From positions 64,428-128,427 of the forward strand of contig CAWJTA010000004.1 in the NCBI GenBank assembly GCA_963845665.1: a stretch of 64,000 nt of DNA, in the 5' to 3' direction. The DNA comes from an uncultured Verrucomicrobiae bacterium. GTDB taxonomy: Bacteria > Verrucomicrobiota > Verrucomicrobiia > Limisphaerales > UBA11358. The notes under the pieces are model-generated. The model did not search any database. It was not told where the DNA came from and saw nothing but the letters and a program-made list of their open reading frames with translations. This document shows, in pieces, positions 49,901 through 59,175 of this stretch; the stretch's first letter is position 1, and every line of letters begins with the position of its first letter. The position numbers were made by a program, and so were the translations under genes.

Positions 49901-49934
49901 GCGCGAAAATCACGATGCAACATTTCCCTTTCAT
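46926..49934 (-). CDS. Secreted ankyrin-repeat protein (12 full repeats) with an N-terminal coiled coil and C-terminal SLBB-like domains
   Basis: Signal peptide MKGKCC...AWAQ; repeated PL..A....LL..GA.PN; two D...V.I.R...L..GD.I.VPE motifs. Confidence 0.85.
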   Translation of the reverse strand: MKGKCCIVIFALLAPCAWAQIDLTELLRQGIFGKQTNQNLNGGITETNGNLAAQATNGNGSAETALLANRIFGIESLTNTVEKALAVVANFPADSADLRKMLMQVPMLQDRDAWLKEHPGLGNLIQQQVDFILGLQKAELKALQAVAGTQTAQQALQSPNVWDKVKDLPQPELEKVLPTLVPDSALTSLLQQRDTAETVLAQKRTVIFSEADPQILAQKAELTMINQQISNRISGIMEALKIQHAVSADSETSAEKDEDQEIARLEEMIENSPDLINTPGDDRPPPLVDAAAKGQLRVAAFLLDHGAEVNAGGLGGPPLVAAAKAGHRTMVEFLLEHGADVNIGSGAALDAAIENGYETVASTLLKAYADVNVENNIGQTPLMVAAMGGKTKIIQMLLDAGANPNIADNDGVTALSMAALVNSPADPAPLKLLLAANAEPNGGGCNAPLLCAINNRNTKSAELLLQGGANPNLKGLVDDNLRNLDRDGLNYTSPLWAAVRMNDALMVQLLLKYKADPNSSEINNSPIIFSALDKSSVLEALLAAGANPNVMNQDGHTPLSFAAQDNLLEAIKLLLAARANPNGGAFDAPLLCAIGKHGLGSAELLLQAGADPNIEFIWESKLHSNLSAAGRSATPLWLAIDTHQLPMVQLLLKYKANPNGSQPGNSPLIFWALSNPDIVQALLESGANPNVRDGDDKTPLTLVEDVLSGNSNIDHIIPHPTKNNSRFDGDLLRQYGALEMLPDWNHISVSRAATKYSATIFERGTNDWNQFTLYDLLGVQYGLLSASVRPNWSQDSGTYNLDPVNNSLSFPDFSSIVIHRPPDRGTAWTDLKIDLARALDSSDGAADVPLKFGDIVEIPESEHVLNAPWTGLTTNQLITLAHCLTRHLQISVNGTTTAVKIGPDVEIGGAWHSQFNSYEVPGLVKLTSEGFMLWPALEDSQLLLSSSDLSHVVVKRHDAVTGQIHQWTLNCSDANSAPYFWVRDGDEIDVPEGKSDYRTSGL

Positions 49935-50226
49935 TATTTTGAACCTCCTCAGTCTTACATTCGGCGATTGTTGTGCTTTTTGCAAAATTGTTTTGTGGGA
50001 ACTTTTACCAGCCCGTGGTGGGTCACGGCGTGCCCGCCGTGACGGCACGCGCCTCGGCGCGTGCGATTGGAAATTGAACCACTATTCGTCGGCGGTTCCG
50101 TGGTAGCTTCAGCGACGGAGGGTTTACAGACTTCAACGTTTCAACGTTTTCTATTGACTGTTTGCCGCTATTCGCCTTGATTTTGTGTACGCGGGAAATC
50201 CACAGCAGCGGCAACGGCCATTAAAA

Positions 50227-52085
50227 ATGAATACCAGCGCAAATTCCATTGGAAGCAACAAGACAGGCTACAACCGTTTTCTTCTCCTGGTCGCCGGACT
50301 GGGCGGCCTGCTCTATGGCATTGACGTTGGGATTATTTCAGGCGTTTTGCCTTATTTGCAGGCCACTTTCACTCTGCCCGATGGCAGCCTTCTTAACGCC
50401 CAGCAAATCTCGTTCATTGTCGCTGCCGTTTTGCTTGGCACCGTCATTTCGACCCTGTTCGCCGGCATGTTGGCGGATATGTTTGGCCGCAGGACTATTA
50501 TGACGGCCAGCGGCGTCCTGTTTGTTGTCAGCGTTCCGATGATTGCGCTGGCGCACACTTATGGGCTGCTGGTCTGTGGGCGGATTTTGCAGGGGATCAG
50601 CGGCGGACTCATCGGCGTCGCGGCGCCATTGTATTTGGCGGAATGTCTCGGCGCCTCCAGCCGCGGCAAGGGCACGGGCATTTTTCAATGGATGCTGGTC
50701 TCTGGCATTCTGGCCGCGTCTTTGGTTGGCCTTTTTTACAGTTATCACGTGGACGCCGTGGCCAAACTCGGCGATGCCGCAAAAATTATTCGCCGCCAAA
50801 GAAAACGCGTGGCGCAGCGTTTTCTGGGTTTCGCTCCCGCCGGGAATTTTATTTGTCATCGGCGGACTTTTATGGTGGCTGAATCGCCGCGCTGGCTGTT
50901 CCGCCGCGGCAAAAATGAAGCTGCCCGCGCCGCTCTTCTTGCGTTCGCGCAACACTGAAGAGGCGGAAATGGAATTGAAGGAAATGGAGGAAACCGCGGC
51001 GCGAAGAGAAAAATAAAGTGTCCAGCTACGCGGCGAAAAAATCCGCTGAATCGCTGCTTCGCCGCAAATATGTCATTCCTTTTTTGCTGGCCTGCGTCAT
51101 CCTTTCCTGCAATCAGGCCACCGGCATCAATTCTGTCATCGGTTACAATGCGACCATTCTGATCCAGGCCGGAATGGGCGACCGCATGGCGCACCTTGGC
51201 TCCGTTATTTTCAATTTCGTCAATTTTGTGCGCCACTCCCATCGCCGTTTTCCTGGTGGACCGCAAAGGCCGCAAATTTTTGCTCTCCGTCGGCACCGCC
51301 GGAATTGTTATTTCCATGACTTGCATCGGATTGCTCTTTCTAAACACCGAAAAAGCCCGTGTGGACGTCAAGGACCAATTGCAGGCCATGGTTTCCACGA
51401 ACCAAACCCTGACGCTGACGTTCAATCAGGAAACTGCGACGAATCTTCTGCCTGCTGCGACGCGGCAAACATTCGACGCCTTCAGCGCCGTTCACGATGA
51501 CAATCATTTATTCCTATGGCGATTTCAGCGCCGCGACACCCGCGGAGCGTTCGGATGACTTGTCGGCAAAGCCGATTGAAATCACCCGCGAAGATTGTAT
51601 TCCCGCCAACAAAGTCATCGCTTTTTTCAAAAATCCATTTGCCAATCTCGACGCCGCGCGAGCCGCTCCGCTAAAAATTGACAATGCGATCATCACGCCA
51701 GTCCCGGACGCACGCAATGGCTGGCTGACGGCCATTGCGCATGTATGTTTATATGGCATTTTTTGCGGTCGGTCCCGGGCGTTATGCGTCTGGCTGGCCC
51801 TCTCTGAACTCATGCCCACGCGCATTCGCTCCAACGGCATGAGCATCGCGCTCCTCATCAATCAGACCGTTTCCACCACCATCGCCGCCGTCTTTCCTGC
51901 CCACCGTCGGCAAATACGGCTATTCGACGCATGTTTTTCTTCTTCGCCGGCTGCACGGTGATTTATTTCATCACCGCCGCGTTCTTCCTGCCGGAAACAA
52001 AGGCAAAACCCTCGAAGAAATCGAAGAATACTTTGAAGGCGGCAAACCGGCCAATGCCAACGCCCCCGAAGTGGCAAAAAAATGA
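50227..52085 (+). pseudogene. Sugar porter (SP) MFS transporter, multiply frameshifted (probably assembly errors)
   Basis: GGLLYGID.G, D.FGRR, GRILQG, YLAE, ESPRWL, QATGIN, VDRKGRK, ELMPT.IRS, LPETK..TLEEIE spread over all three frames. Confidence 0.8.
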
Positions 52086-52144
52086 AACCGCTTGGCGAAC
52101 GGTTGAGTTTGGCTGGCCGGGTCCGCGAGCGAGGCCGTCTTCTA

Positions 52145-52307
52145 CGTAGCAGCGGACATGAGTCCGCTCTGACTATTTCGCGGAACCATCGCTTGCCTTG
52201 GCTTCCCACCCAATATGTCCAACCATCGGCCGATAATTCCCCCTCTCCTGGGGGAGAGGGCAGGGGTGAGGGCGAGCTTTTCGCAGCCGAGGTACGAGGC
52301 TCTAACT
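52145..52307 (+). repeat. Composite REP-like element, copy 1
   Basis: GTAGCAGC..GAC..GAG..GCTCTGACT ... CCCTCTCC-TGGG-GGAGAGGG hairpin ... GCCGAGGTACGAGGCTCT; colinear with 54534-54713. Confidence 0.85.
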
Positions 52308-52316
52308 AATAGGTTC

Positions 52317-54529
52317 ATGGCAAGATTCATCATTCTCCTCGCCGCTCTGTTCCTCGCGACCAACAACCTCGCCGCAGACACGTCGCCCTCAACAACAGTC
52401 CGCGCCGCTGAAGCCCTCATCGCCCGTGTCGTGCCCGACGCCGCGCAGCATTTCATCGTCGAAACCATTCCACCCGACAACGGCCATGACGTTTTTGAAG
52501 TGGAAAGCCGCGGCGATAAAATCGTTCTTCGCGGCAACACCGCTGTTTCCATTGCTTCCGCGCTGAATTGGTATCTGGAAAACCCCTGCCATTGCGAGAT
52601 TTCGTGGAATGCCGGCGAGCCAACTCAACTTGCCGCGTCCATTGCCGTCGCTGCCCGCAAAAATCCATGTCGTCAGCCCGCACCAGTTTCGTTATGCCTA
52701 CAATTTTTGCACGTACGGTTACACGATGGCGTGGTGGGATTGGCCGGATTTCGAGCATGAACTGGATTTTCTGGCGCTCAAGGGCGTGAACCTCGCGCTG
52801 GTCATCGAAGGGCAGGAATCCGCGTGGATTCAAACGTTCAAACAGTTCGGCTATTCGGACGAGGCCATTCGCCAATGGGTGGTGGACCCGGCGCATTTGC
52901 CGTGGATGGAAATGGACAATATGGAAAGCTACGGCGGCCCGCTCTCGTCCGCAACTGGTCTCCCGGCGGCTGGCGCTGGGACAAAAAATCATCAGCCCGC
53001 ATGCGCGAATTGGGCATTGAACCGGTATTGCCCGGCTATTACGGCATGGTGCCGCCGGATTTTCACGAGAAATTTCCAAAGGCAAATGTCCATGCCGCAA
53101 GGCGATTGGGTGAAACTAAAGCGGCCGGACATTCTGGATCCCAACGACCCGATGTTTCCCAAAGTCGCGGCGGCCTATTACGCTGCCGAGCAAAATCTTT
53201 TCGGTGGCGCGAATTTTTACGACGCCGACCCGTTTCACGAAGGCGGCTCGACCAATAACATTGACGTGCCTGCCGCCGGACGCGCCATTCAAAAAGCCAT
53301 GGGCAACGCCACTTGGGTCCTGCAATCGTGGGGCGCCAATCCGCGCCCGGAAATGGTGGACGCACTGGACAAGGACAAAGTGCTGGTCCTGGATTTGTAT
53401 TGCGACGACCACGAGAACTGGCGGTTGCGCAATAATTTCGACGGCTCGCCCTGGCTTTGGTGCGTCGTCAATTGTTTCGGCGGCAACACCAAATTGGGCG
53501 GACGCCTTGCCTGGATGGCCCAGGGACCGGACGCGGCCCTGACCGACCCGCACAAAGGCCGCATGTCCGGCATCGGCGCACTGATGGAAGCCACTGGCGT
53601 GAATCCCGGCTCTTTGGGAAATGTTTTGGCAAAATTCGTGGCGCGCCGACGCGCCGGACATGGATTCATGGCTGAAGACTTACGCGGAGCGCCGTTACGG
53701 CGCAAAAATTCCCGCGGCGGAACAGGCGTGGAAAATCCTGGCTGACCACAACTTATGACGAACCGCCCGCGGTGCACGGCGCACGTCGATCAAACCCGCC
53801 ATCTGCTCGCGCCCAACGTTGATTCAGCCGAAATTGCCATCGGTCATGCAGCAACCGATCCAGAACCGGCCAATCACCCAGTTGCACTATGATCCGGCGC
53901 GGCTGGTCGAAGCTTGGAAATTCTTGCTGGATGCCGCGCCGCAGGCGCAAACGTCGGACGCTTATCGTTTTGACCTTTGCGACGTCAGCCGTCAGGTGCT
54001 GGCGAATTTGAGCGCCAGTTACAATCGGCAAATCATCGCGGCCTATCGAAGCGCATGACGCGAAAGGTCTTCGCGAGCCGATAGTGACAAAATGCTCGGC
54101 CTGATTCGCGACATGGATGTATTGGCCGGCACGCGCCACGAATGGTTGCTGGGCGATTGGATTGCCGACGCCCGTAGCTGGGGCGCCAGCCGCGACGAAC
54201 GCGACATGTGCGAGCGCAACGCCCGCGAATTGCTCACCACCTGGACCCGCTACGACAACATCACCGATTACGCGAACCGCCAATGGAACGGCCTGCTGGG
54301 CGATTTTTATTATCATCGCTGGCAAATATGGCTGGATGCGTTGAATGATTCTGTCGACAACAACACGCCGCTCGACGAAAAAGCCGTCAACGCCAAAATC
54401 CGCGACTGGGAAGTGGCATGGACACGCCAAACGGGCGGACACTATTTGATCAAACCGCGCGGCGACGCCGTGGCCATTTCACAAAAACTTTATGACAAAT
54501 ACGCACGCGACGCCTCGATGCCAAATTGA
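52317..54529 (+). pseudogene. Alpha-N-acetylglucosaminidase (GH89), multiply frameshifted (probably assembly errors)
   Basis: Signal peptide; N.CTYGYT.AWWDW, DFLALKGVN, PVLPG, DPFHE, LQSW, LVLDL, FGGN, LMEA, DYANRQWNGL. Confidence 0.85.
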
Positions 54530-54533
54530 TTGG

Positions 54534-54713
54534 CGTAGCAGCCGACGTGAGGAGGCTCTGACTAACGGCAGCTGGCACTGCCACTCGCGACTTAACCGTG
54601 GGATCGCCTTGGCGGCCCAATCTGTCCAGCCATCTGACGACAATTCCCCTTCTCCTGGGGGAGAAGGCCGGGATGAGGGTGGGCTCTCTGTAGCCGAGGT
54701 ACGAGACTCTGAT
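54534..54713 (+). repeat. Composite REP-like element, copy 2
   Basis: Same order of blocks as 52145-52307; hairpin CCTTCTCC-TGGG-GGAGAAGG. Confidence 0.85.
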
Positions 54714-54757
54714 TTTTTGGTTCACGAAGAGCACTTTCTCTATTTTTCTCTCAAGCA

Positions 54758-55801
54758 ATGAAAACTACTTTTTTTTCCGTCGCCCTATTGTTGCTCATTA
54801 CCAGCTGCCGAACCCTTTCCCCAAATCCGTCAACGCCTGAAATTTCCGTAACCGAAACCTGGCGCGGTCTGCACGTCCCGGTTCGGGACGATGAACAATT
54901 AGCCTCTCTCCAACAGCAACTCCCGCAACTTGCCGCCGCCGGCGTCAACGTGCTGGTCATCGAGGTAAACTACAACTTTGATTTTAAATCGCATCCCGAG
55001 TTGCACAACTCCAGGTACATGACAAAAGCAAAAGCCCGTGAATTTACGGCGGCTGCGCGGAAACTGGGCATTCGCGTCATTCCCGAATTCGATTGTTTGG
55101 GTCATCAATCCTGGGCGGGAACAACGTTTCCGTTGCTGAAAAAGTATCCACAACTGGACGAAACACCTGGAAAATTCCTGGATAACAAAGGCATCTATTG
55201 CCGAAGCTGGTGCCCACAAAACCCGCAGGTCTATCAAATTGTCTTTCCTTTGATTGACGAAATCGCCGATGCATTTCAAGCGGACATGTTTCACGTGGGC
55301 ATGGACGAAGTCTTTATCATTGCCGACAAAAGCTGCCCGCGCTGCCACGATGAGGACCCTGCAAAGCTCTTTGCCGAATGCATCAACAAATTGCACGCGC
55401 ACATTACCGGCGAGCGCCATATGCAAATGCTGATGTGGGGCGACCGCCTGCTGAACGCGCACACCATGGGCAATCACATGTACGAAGAATCCATGAACGG
55501 CACCTGGCCCGCCGTCGACATGATTCCCAAAGACATCATTATTTGCGATTGGCATTACGACTATCACCCCAATTATCCGTCCGTGCCCTTCTTTCTGAGC
55601 AAAGGCTTTCGCGTCTGGCCTTCAGGCTTCCGGCCGCTGGAGGCAACCCAGGCCTTCAGCCAATTCTCGCTCGAACAACGCGACCACAACAAACACGTTA
55701 TCGGCTATCTCGCCACAACATGGAGCATGGCCCTGACCAACGGCGATCTGGGCACCTGGCCTCCAGTCACTAAAATTTTGCCGGAATGGAAGGGGAAATA
55801 A
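54758..55801 (+). CDS. GH20 family glycoside hydrolase (N-acetylhexosaminidase-like), possible lipoprotein
   Basis: VIPEF...GH, FHVGMDEV catalytic DE pair, LMWGD, DWHY; LITSC possible lipobox. Confidence 0.82.
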   Translation: MKTTFFSVALLLLITSCRTLSPNPSTPEISVTETWRGLHVPVRDDEQLASLQQQLPQLAAAGVNVLVIEVNYNFDFKSHPELHNSRYMTKAKAREFTAAARKLGIRVIPEFDCLGHQSWAGTTFPLLKKYPQLDETPGKFLDNKGIYCRSWCPQNPQVYQIVFPLIDEIADAFQADMFHVGMDEVFIIADKSCPRCHDEDPAKLFAECINKLHAHITGERHMQMLMWGDRLLNAHTMGNHMYEESMNGTWPAVDMIPKDIIICDWHYDYHPNYPSVPFFLSKGFRVWPSGFRPLEATQAFSQFSLEQRDHNKHVIGYLATTWSMALTNGDLGTWPPVTKILPEWKGK

Positions 55802-56058
55802 GGTGGAGCATGGATATTCACAACTTTTTCACTTTTTGAAGTGTGCATTTTGCCATCCACAATCATAGAATCCTCCAGCAAAAATCCCACTCCGAGGTTC
55901 CCGTCACCTAACAATCAGAAAAATTGCAATGAAATAGTTCAATTTGCAAGGTCACTGTTGCGCTATTGTTAACACGTATTTTGGGGCGTTTTCTCTGTCA
56001 GGGTGCTGAAACCGTTTAATAATTTGGAGATTCTTCGATAATTGACTAATCTAGGACA

Positions 56059-56271
56059 ATGAAAGGCAATTTCACGGCGGTCGTTAAACAGGATGAGGGA
56101 TGGTGGATTGGCTGGATTGAGGAGATCCCTGGTGTCAATTCGCAGGGTAAGACTCGCACTGAACTATTGAAAAACCTGCGATCGGCCCTGAAAGAAGCGT
56201 TGGAATTTAATCGTGAAGATGCCCTGGCGGCAGCCCAATCGGGTTACGAAGAAGAGTCTATTCTTGTGTGA
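56059..56271 (+). CDS. hicB: HicB-family antitoxin
   Basis: FTAV..QD.GWWIGWIEEIPGVNSQGKT..EL..NL..AL. Confidence 0.88.
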   Translation: MKGNFTAVVKQDEGWWIGWIEEIPGVNSQGKTRTELLKNLRSALKEALEFNREDALAAAQSGYEEESILV

Positions 56272-56272
56272 T

Positions 56273-56302
56273 CGTCGTTCCGCGGTCCCGAGACATACTG
56301 AG
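56273..56302 (+). pseudogene. Remnant of a HicA toxin gene
   Basis: Encodes RRSAVPRHTE (HicA VP.H signature) 1 nt after the hicB stop; rest of the toxin absent. Confidence 0.6.
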
Positions 56303-56335
56303 GCGCCCAATCAGGCAACTTTAATTCAGGTTCCA

Positions 56336-58735
56336 ATGCGCGTCCCATTGTTGCTTATCCTTCTTCTTTCGCTTACTGCAACAGCCTTCGCCGCCGACGA
56401 AAAATACATCGGCTTGTCCCCGACCGTGCTAAAACCAAATAATCCTCGACCCTCCATCCTCAATTTTTACGGCGTTCCTTTCATGTCCGGAGCGTTACCC
56501 TTGGAAAATGGTGGTTCCAGTCAGGTCAAAGTCGGTGGCAAGGCTGACTGCATCTTTCTCCTGGGCATGACCGACCAAATTTCCGAGGAAGAACGAATTG
56601 GCCGTTCACGGCGCGGTCCCTCCGAAATAATTCGCCCCGCGGTTCCCGTGGATGCATGGACAGATCCTTTGGACCAATCAACCCGTTTTTGGGTCGGCGA
56701 TAAGCTCGGCCAGATTGGAGTGACGTACGCCGATGGCACAACTCAGGTTTATCCCCTGGTCCTCGGCCAAAGCGTTTGGTGGGGACGAATATTTTACGAT
56801 TACTCCGAACCTTTTCAAACCGATGCGCAACTTCGCAATGCCTTTACGTCCGCAATTCGACTATATCCGCCCCGGCCGGTCGCCGACGGCAATTATATTG
56901 CCGTAATCAAGCCCCGGCCTGTTCCAATCGTAAGCATTACATTTGAAGTGACCCCGGAAAAGCGAGGAACAATTGGAATCCGGGGACTCACACTCGAAAC
57001 GGGTGCCACAAATGAAATCGCAAACACCGTTCCGCTTTCCCCAGGCAATTTTTCACAGGAGTTTTCCCGGTTCGTCGCAGAGAAACCCCTTCGCTCAGCC
57101 GGCGAAGATGATAAACAAACGCATCGTGAATTGGCCCGTCTCAGCTTCGCCCTTTACAGTACGGACAAAAGCTTCAAAGGCCCAATCGCGCCAGGCCTTC
57201 CTCCCGGCTATACCGGCCCGCGCGTTTCATTCAAAGGAAATATCAGTGCCGACATTCTGACGGAAGCCTTCTATTACAACGTCCAGGACATTCGAAACAA
57301 AATCGATGGGGCCGGAATGTATCATACGTCCACCAAAGACGCTTTGTCCTGGGGCGGTTACAAAGGCATTGGAACGTTCCGCGAAGGTCTCGGACGTTAC
57401 AACGACGTCGCCTATTCGCGTGACATGGGACGAAGCCTTCAGGAAATTACCATGCTCGGCTATACGAACGAGGCCCTGCGCTGCGGCGATTGGGCGCTCC
57501 AAATCGCCCGTCGGTGGGAAACTGAACCACGCCTGCAAATCGACGGCGCGCGGGTGCCGCAACACTTTAGCATGTTCGTGGACAGGCCCGACCGCGGCAG
57601 TTACGAGAACGATGGCCATGGTCTGACAACGCTCTTCATCTATAAACTCTGGCAATGGTTACCCGACCGTGACGAATGGCTTCGCGCGCATTGGCCCGAT
57701 GTTGAAGGACTTGGCGATTGGGTCTTGTGGCAGTTCGATCATCCTGAAATTTCCAAATCCACCAACGGTCTCCTGCACACACTGAGCGAAAGCTCCGGGG
57801 GCAACGGCTATTCCGTTTATCCAGACTCGATCTGCATGGATGCGTTCCGCGGGCTCGCGACGATGGCCGATTCCATCGGCGAAACCAACTCAGCCGTCCA
57901 ATGGCGCGACCGGGCCGACAGAATGCAGCAGGCAATTACCGAACATTACATCATCAACGACCCGAAATACGGGCGAGTTTGGACCCTCGAACATTCCGGT
58001 TGGCCAAATAAAAGCACCGTGCTCGGTCCATTAATTTTCCGGGCTGATTATGAAGGCTGGGCACCTGGCGATGAGAATGACGACTGGCGTTCCGTTAATG
58101 AATCGGCCTACCAACGCCTGATTGACACGTATCATCCGTTCGGGTTCTACGGCCAGGCCATGGGTTATGGACAGGGATTCGTCAGTCAATCGGCGCTCCT
58201 TTTGGACCGAATGCGCGACGCCACAACCATGCTGGATTGGGGCGCGCGCGAAATTTATGACCCTCGTTTCAACCAGTTCGATCATTTCATCGTGCCCGAA
58301 GGCGTCCAGATTGCGCCCTCGGGACAGTTCTGGTATCGCATGGGCGACCTCGGCAATGGCGTGCAGGAAGCCGAAATTGTCAAAACCCTGCGCCTCGTCA
58401 TCGGCCTGGACGACACACGCCCCGATCGAATCCAGTTTTATCCACGAATGCCTTACGGTTGGAACGAAATTGCCGTGACCGATTATCCAGTCCTTTTCGA
58501 CAAAGCCGAAAAAACGGTCGTTGCCCACGTGAGCTATAAATTGAAACGCTCTGGCAAACGAATGCTCCTCGAAATCCATTCCGATCAGAATCTGGGCCCG
58601 ATTCCAATTCGATTAGGCCCGTTCGCAAAACAACCCACCATTTCGGACGTCCGCGTCAACGGCCAAACCCCAACCAACGCCATTGTGGAAAAGAGCGGCG
58701 ATTCCTGGTGGGTCCGTTCCGCTTCTGAATTCTGA
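56336..58735 (+). CDS. Secreted protein with a probable (alpha/alpha)6 six-hairpin glycosidase-like domain
   Basis: Signal peptide; AYSRD, YENDGHG, W..V..L.DWV, GLL, helical LA.MA..IG.....QWRD.A..MQ.AI repeat. Confidence 0.55.
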   Translation: MRVPLLLILLLSLTATAFAADEKYIGLSPTVLKPNNPRPSILNFYGVPFMSGALPLENGGSSQVKVGGKADCIFLLGMTDQISEEERIGRSRRGPSEIIRPAVPVDAWTDPLDQSTRFWVGDKLGQIGVTYADGTTQVYPLVLGQSVWWGRIFYDYSEPFQTDAQLRNAFTSAIRLYPPRPVADGNYIAVIKPRPVPIVSITFEVTPEKRGTIGIRGLTLETGATNEIANTVPLSPGNFSQEFSRFVAEKPLRSAGEDDKQTHRELARLSFALYSTDKSFKGPIAPGLPPGYTGPRVSFKGNISADILTEAFYYNVQDIRNKIDGAGMYHTSTKDALSWGGYKGIGTFREGLGRYNDVAYSRDMGRSLQEITMLGYTNEALRCGDWALQIARRWETEPRLQIDGARVPQHFSMFVDRPDRGSYENDGHGLTTLFIYKLWQWLPDRDEWLRAHWPDVEGLGDWVLWQFDHPEISKSTNGLLHTLSESSGGNGYSVYPDSICMDAFRGLATMADSIGETNSAVQWRDRADRMQQAITEHYIINDPKYGRVWTLEHSGWPNKSTVLGPLIFRADYEGWAPGDENDDWRSVNESAYQRLIDTYHPFGFYGQAMGYGQGFVSQSALLLDRMRDATTMLDWGAREIYDPRFNQFDHFIVPEGVQIAPSGQFWYRMGDLGNGVQEAEIVKTLRLVIGLDDTRPDRIQFYPRMPYGWNEIAVTDYPVLFDKAEKTVVAHVSYKLKRSGKRMLLEIHSDQNLGPIPIRLGPFAKQPTISDVRVNGQTPTNAIVEKSGDSWWVRSASEF

Positions 58736-58761
58736 TTTGAATCACGACGCCGAAAACCTCA

Positions 58762-58843
58762 AGCGCCAAAGGCGCGGTGTTATACCAGCCTGGGGCAAAG
58801 CCCCAGGAAATAGCGCACGAGACGCCTCAAGGGCTGAAGGCCC
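58762..58843 (+). repeat. REP-like triple hairpin
   Basis: GCGCC-AAA-GGCGC, CCTGGGGC-AAA-GCCCCAGG and GGGC-TGAAG-GCCC stems. Confidence 0.75.
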
Positions 58844-59175
58844 GTCTTATCAATGCACAATGTCCGAAGGAATAAGCCGCTGACTTGCGAAACCGCGCGG
58901 CTGTCCTCCCGAAGGCAGGCTTGAGTTATACCAGCAGAAAAAGCCGTACATTGAGAGGCTGAGGTGAAAGGAAGGCCTGCCGCGCCATAGCGAACGAAAG
59001 CTTCATGCGGTTCAGGAGGTCAAGGAGATGGCGGACTTGCGTGCTTTTTTCAGGAGCGGCGACGGCTCGTCGCCGCGATTCCCCTCAGGCGTAGGTTTGG
59101 CGAGCACGCTTGTTTACGCGCGCGGCTCTGCTCATCGGAATCGGTCATCCCGTACCACGGGACGCATGCGCGTCT

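Noticed and set aside
58890-59040. Possible group II intron domain V or riboswitch (AAGCCGTAC...GAAAGG)
   Set aside because: No complete domain V/VI hairpin, no RT gene; flanks match REP-like GCCTGCC hairpins
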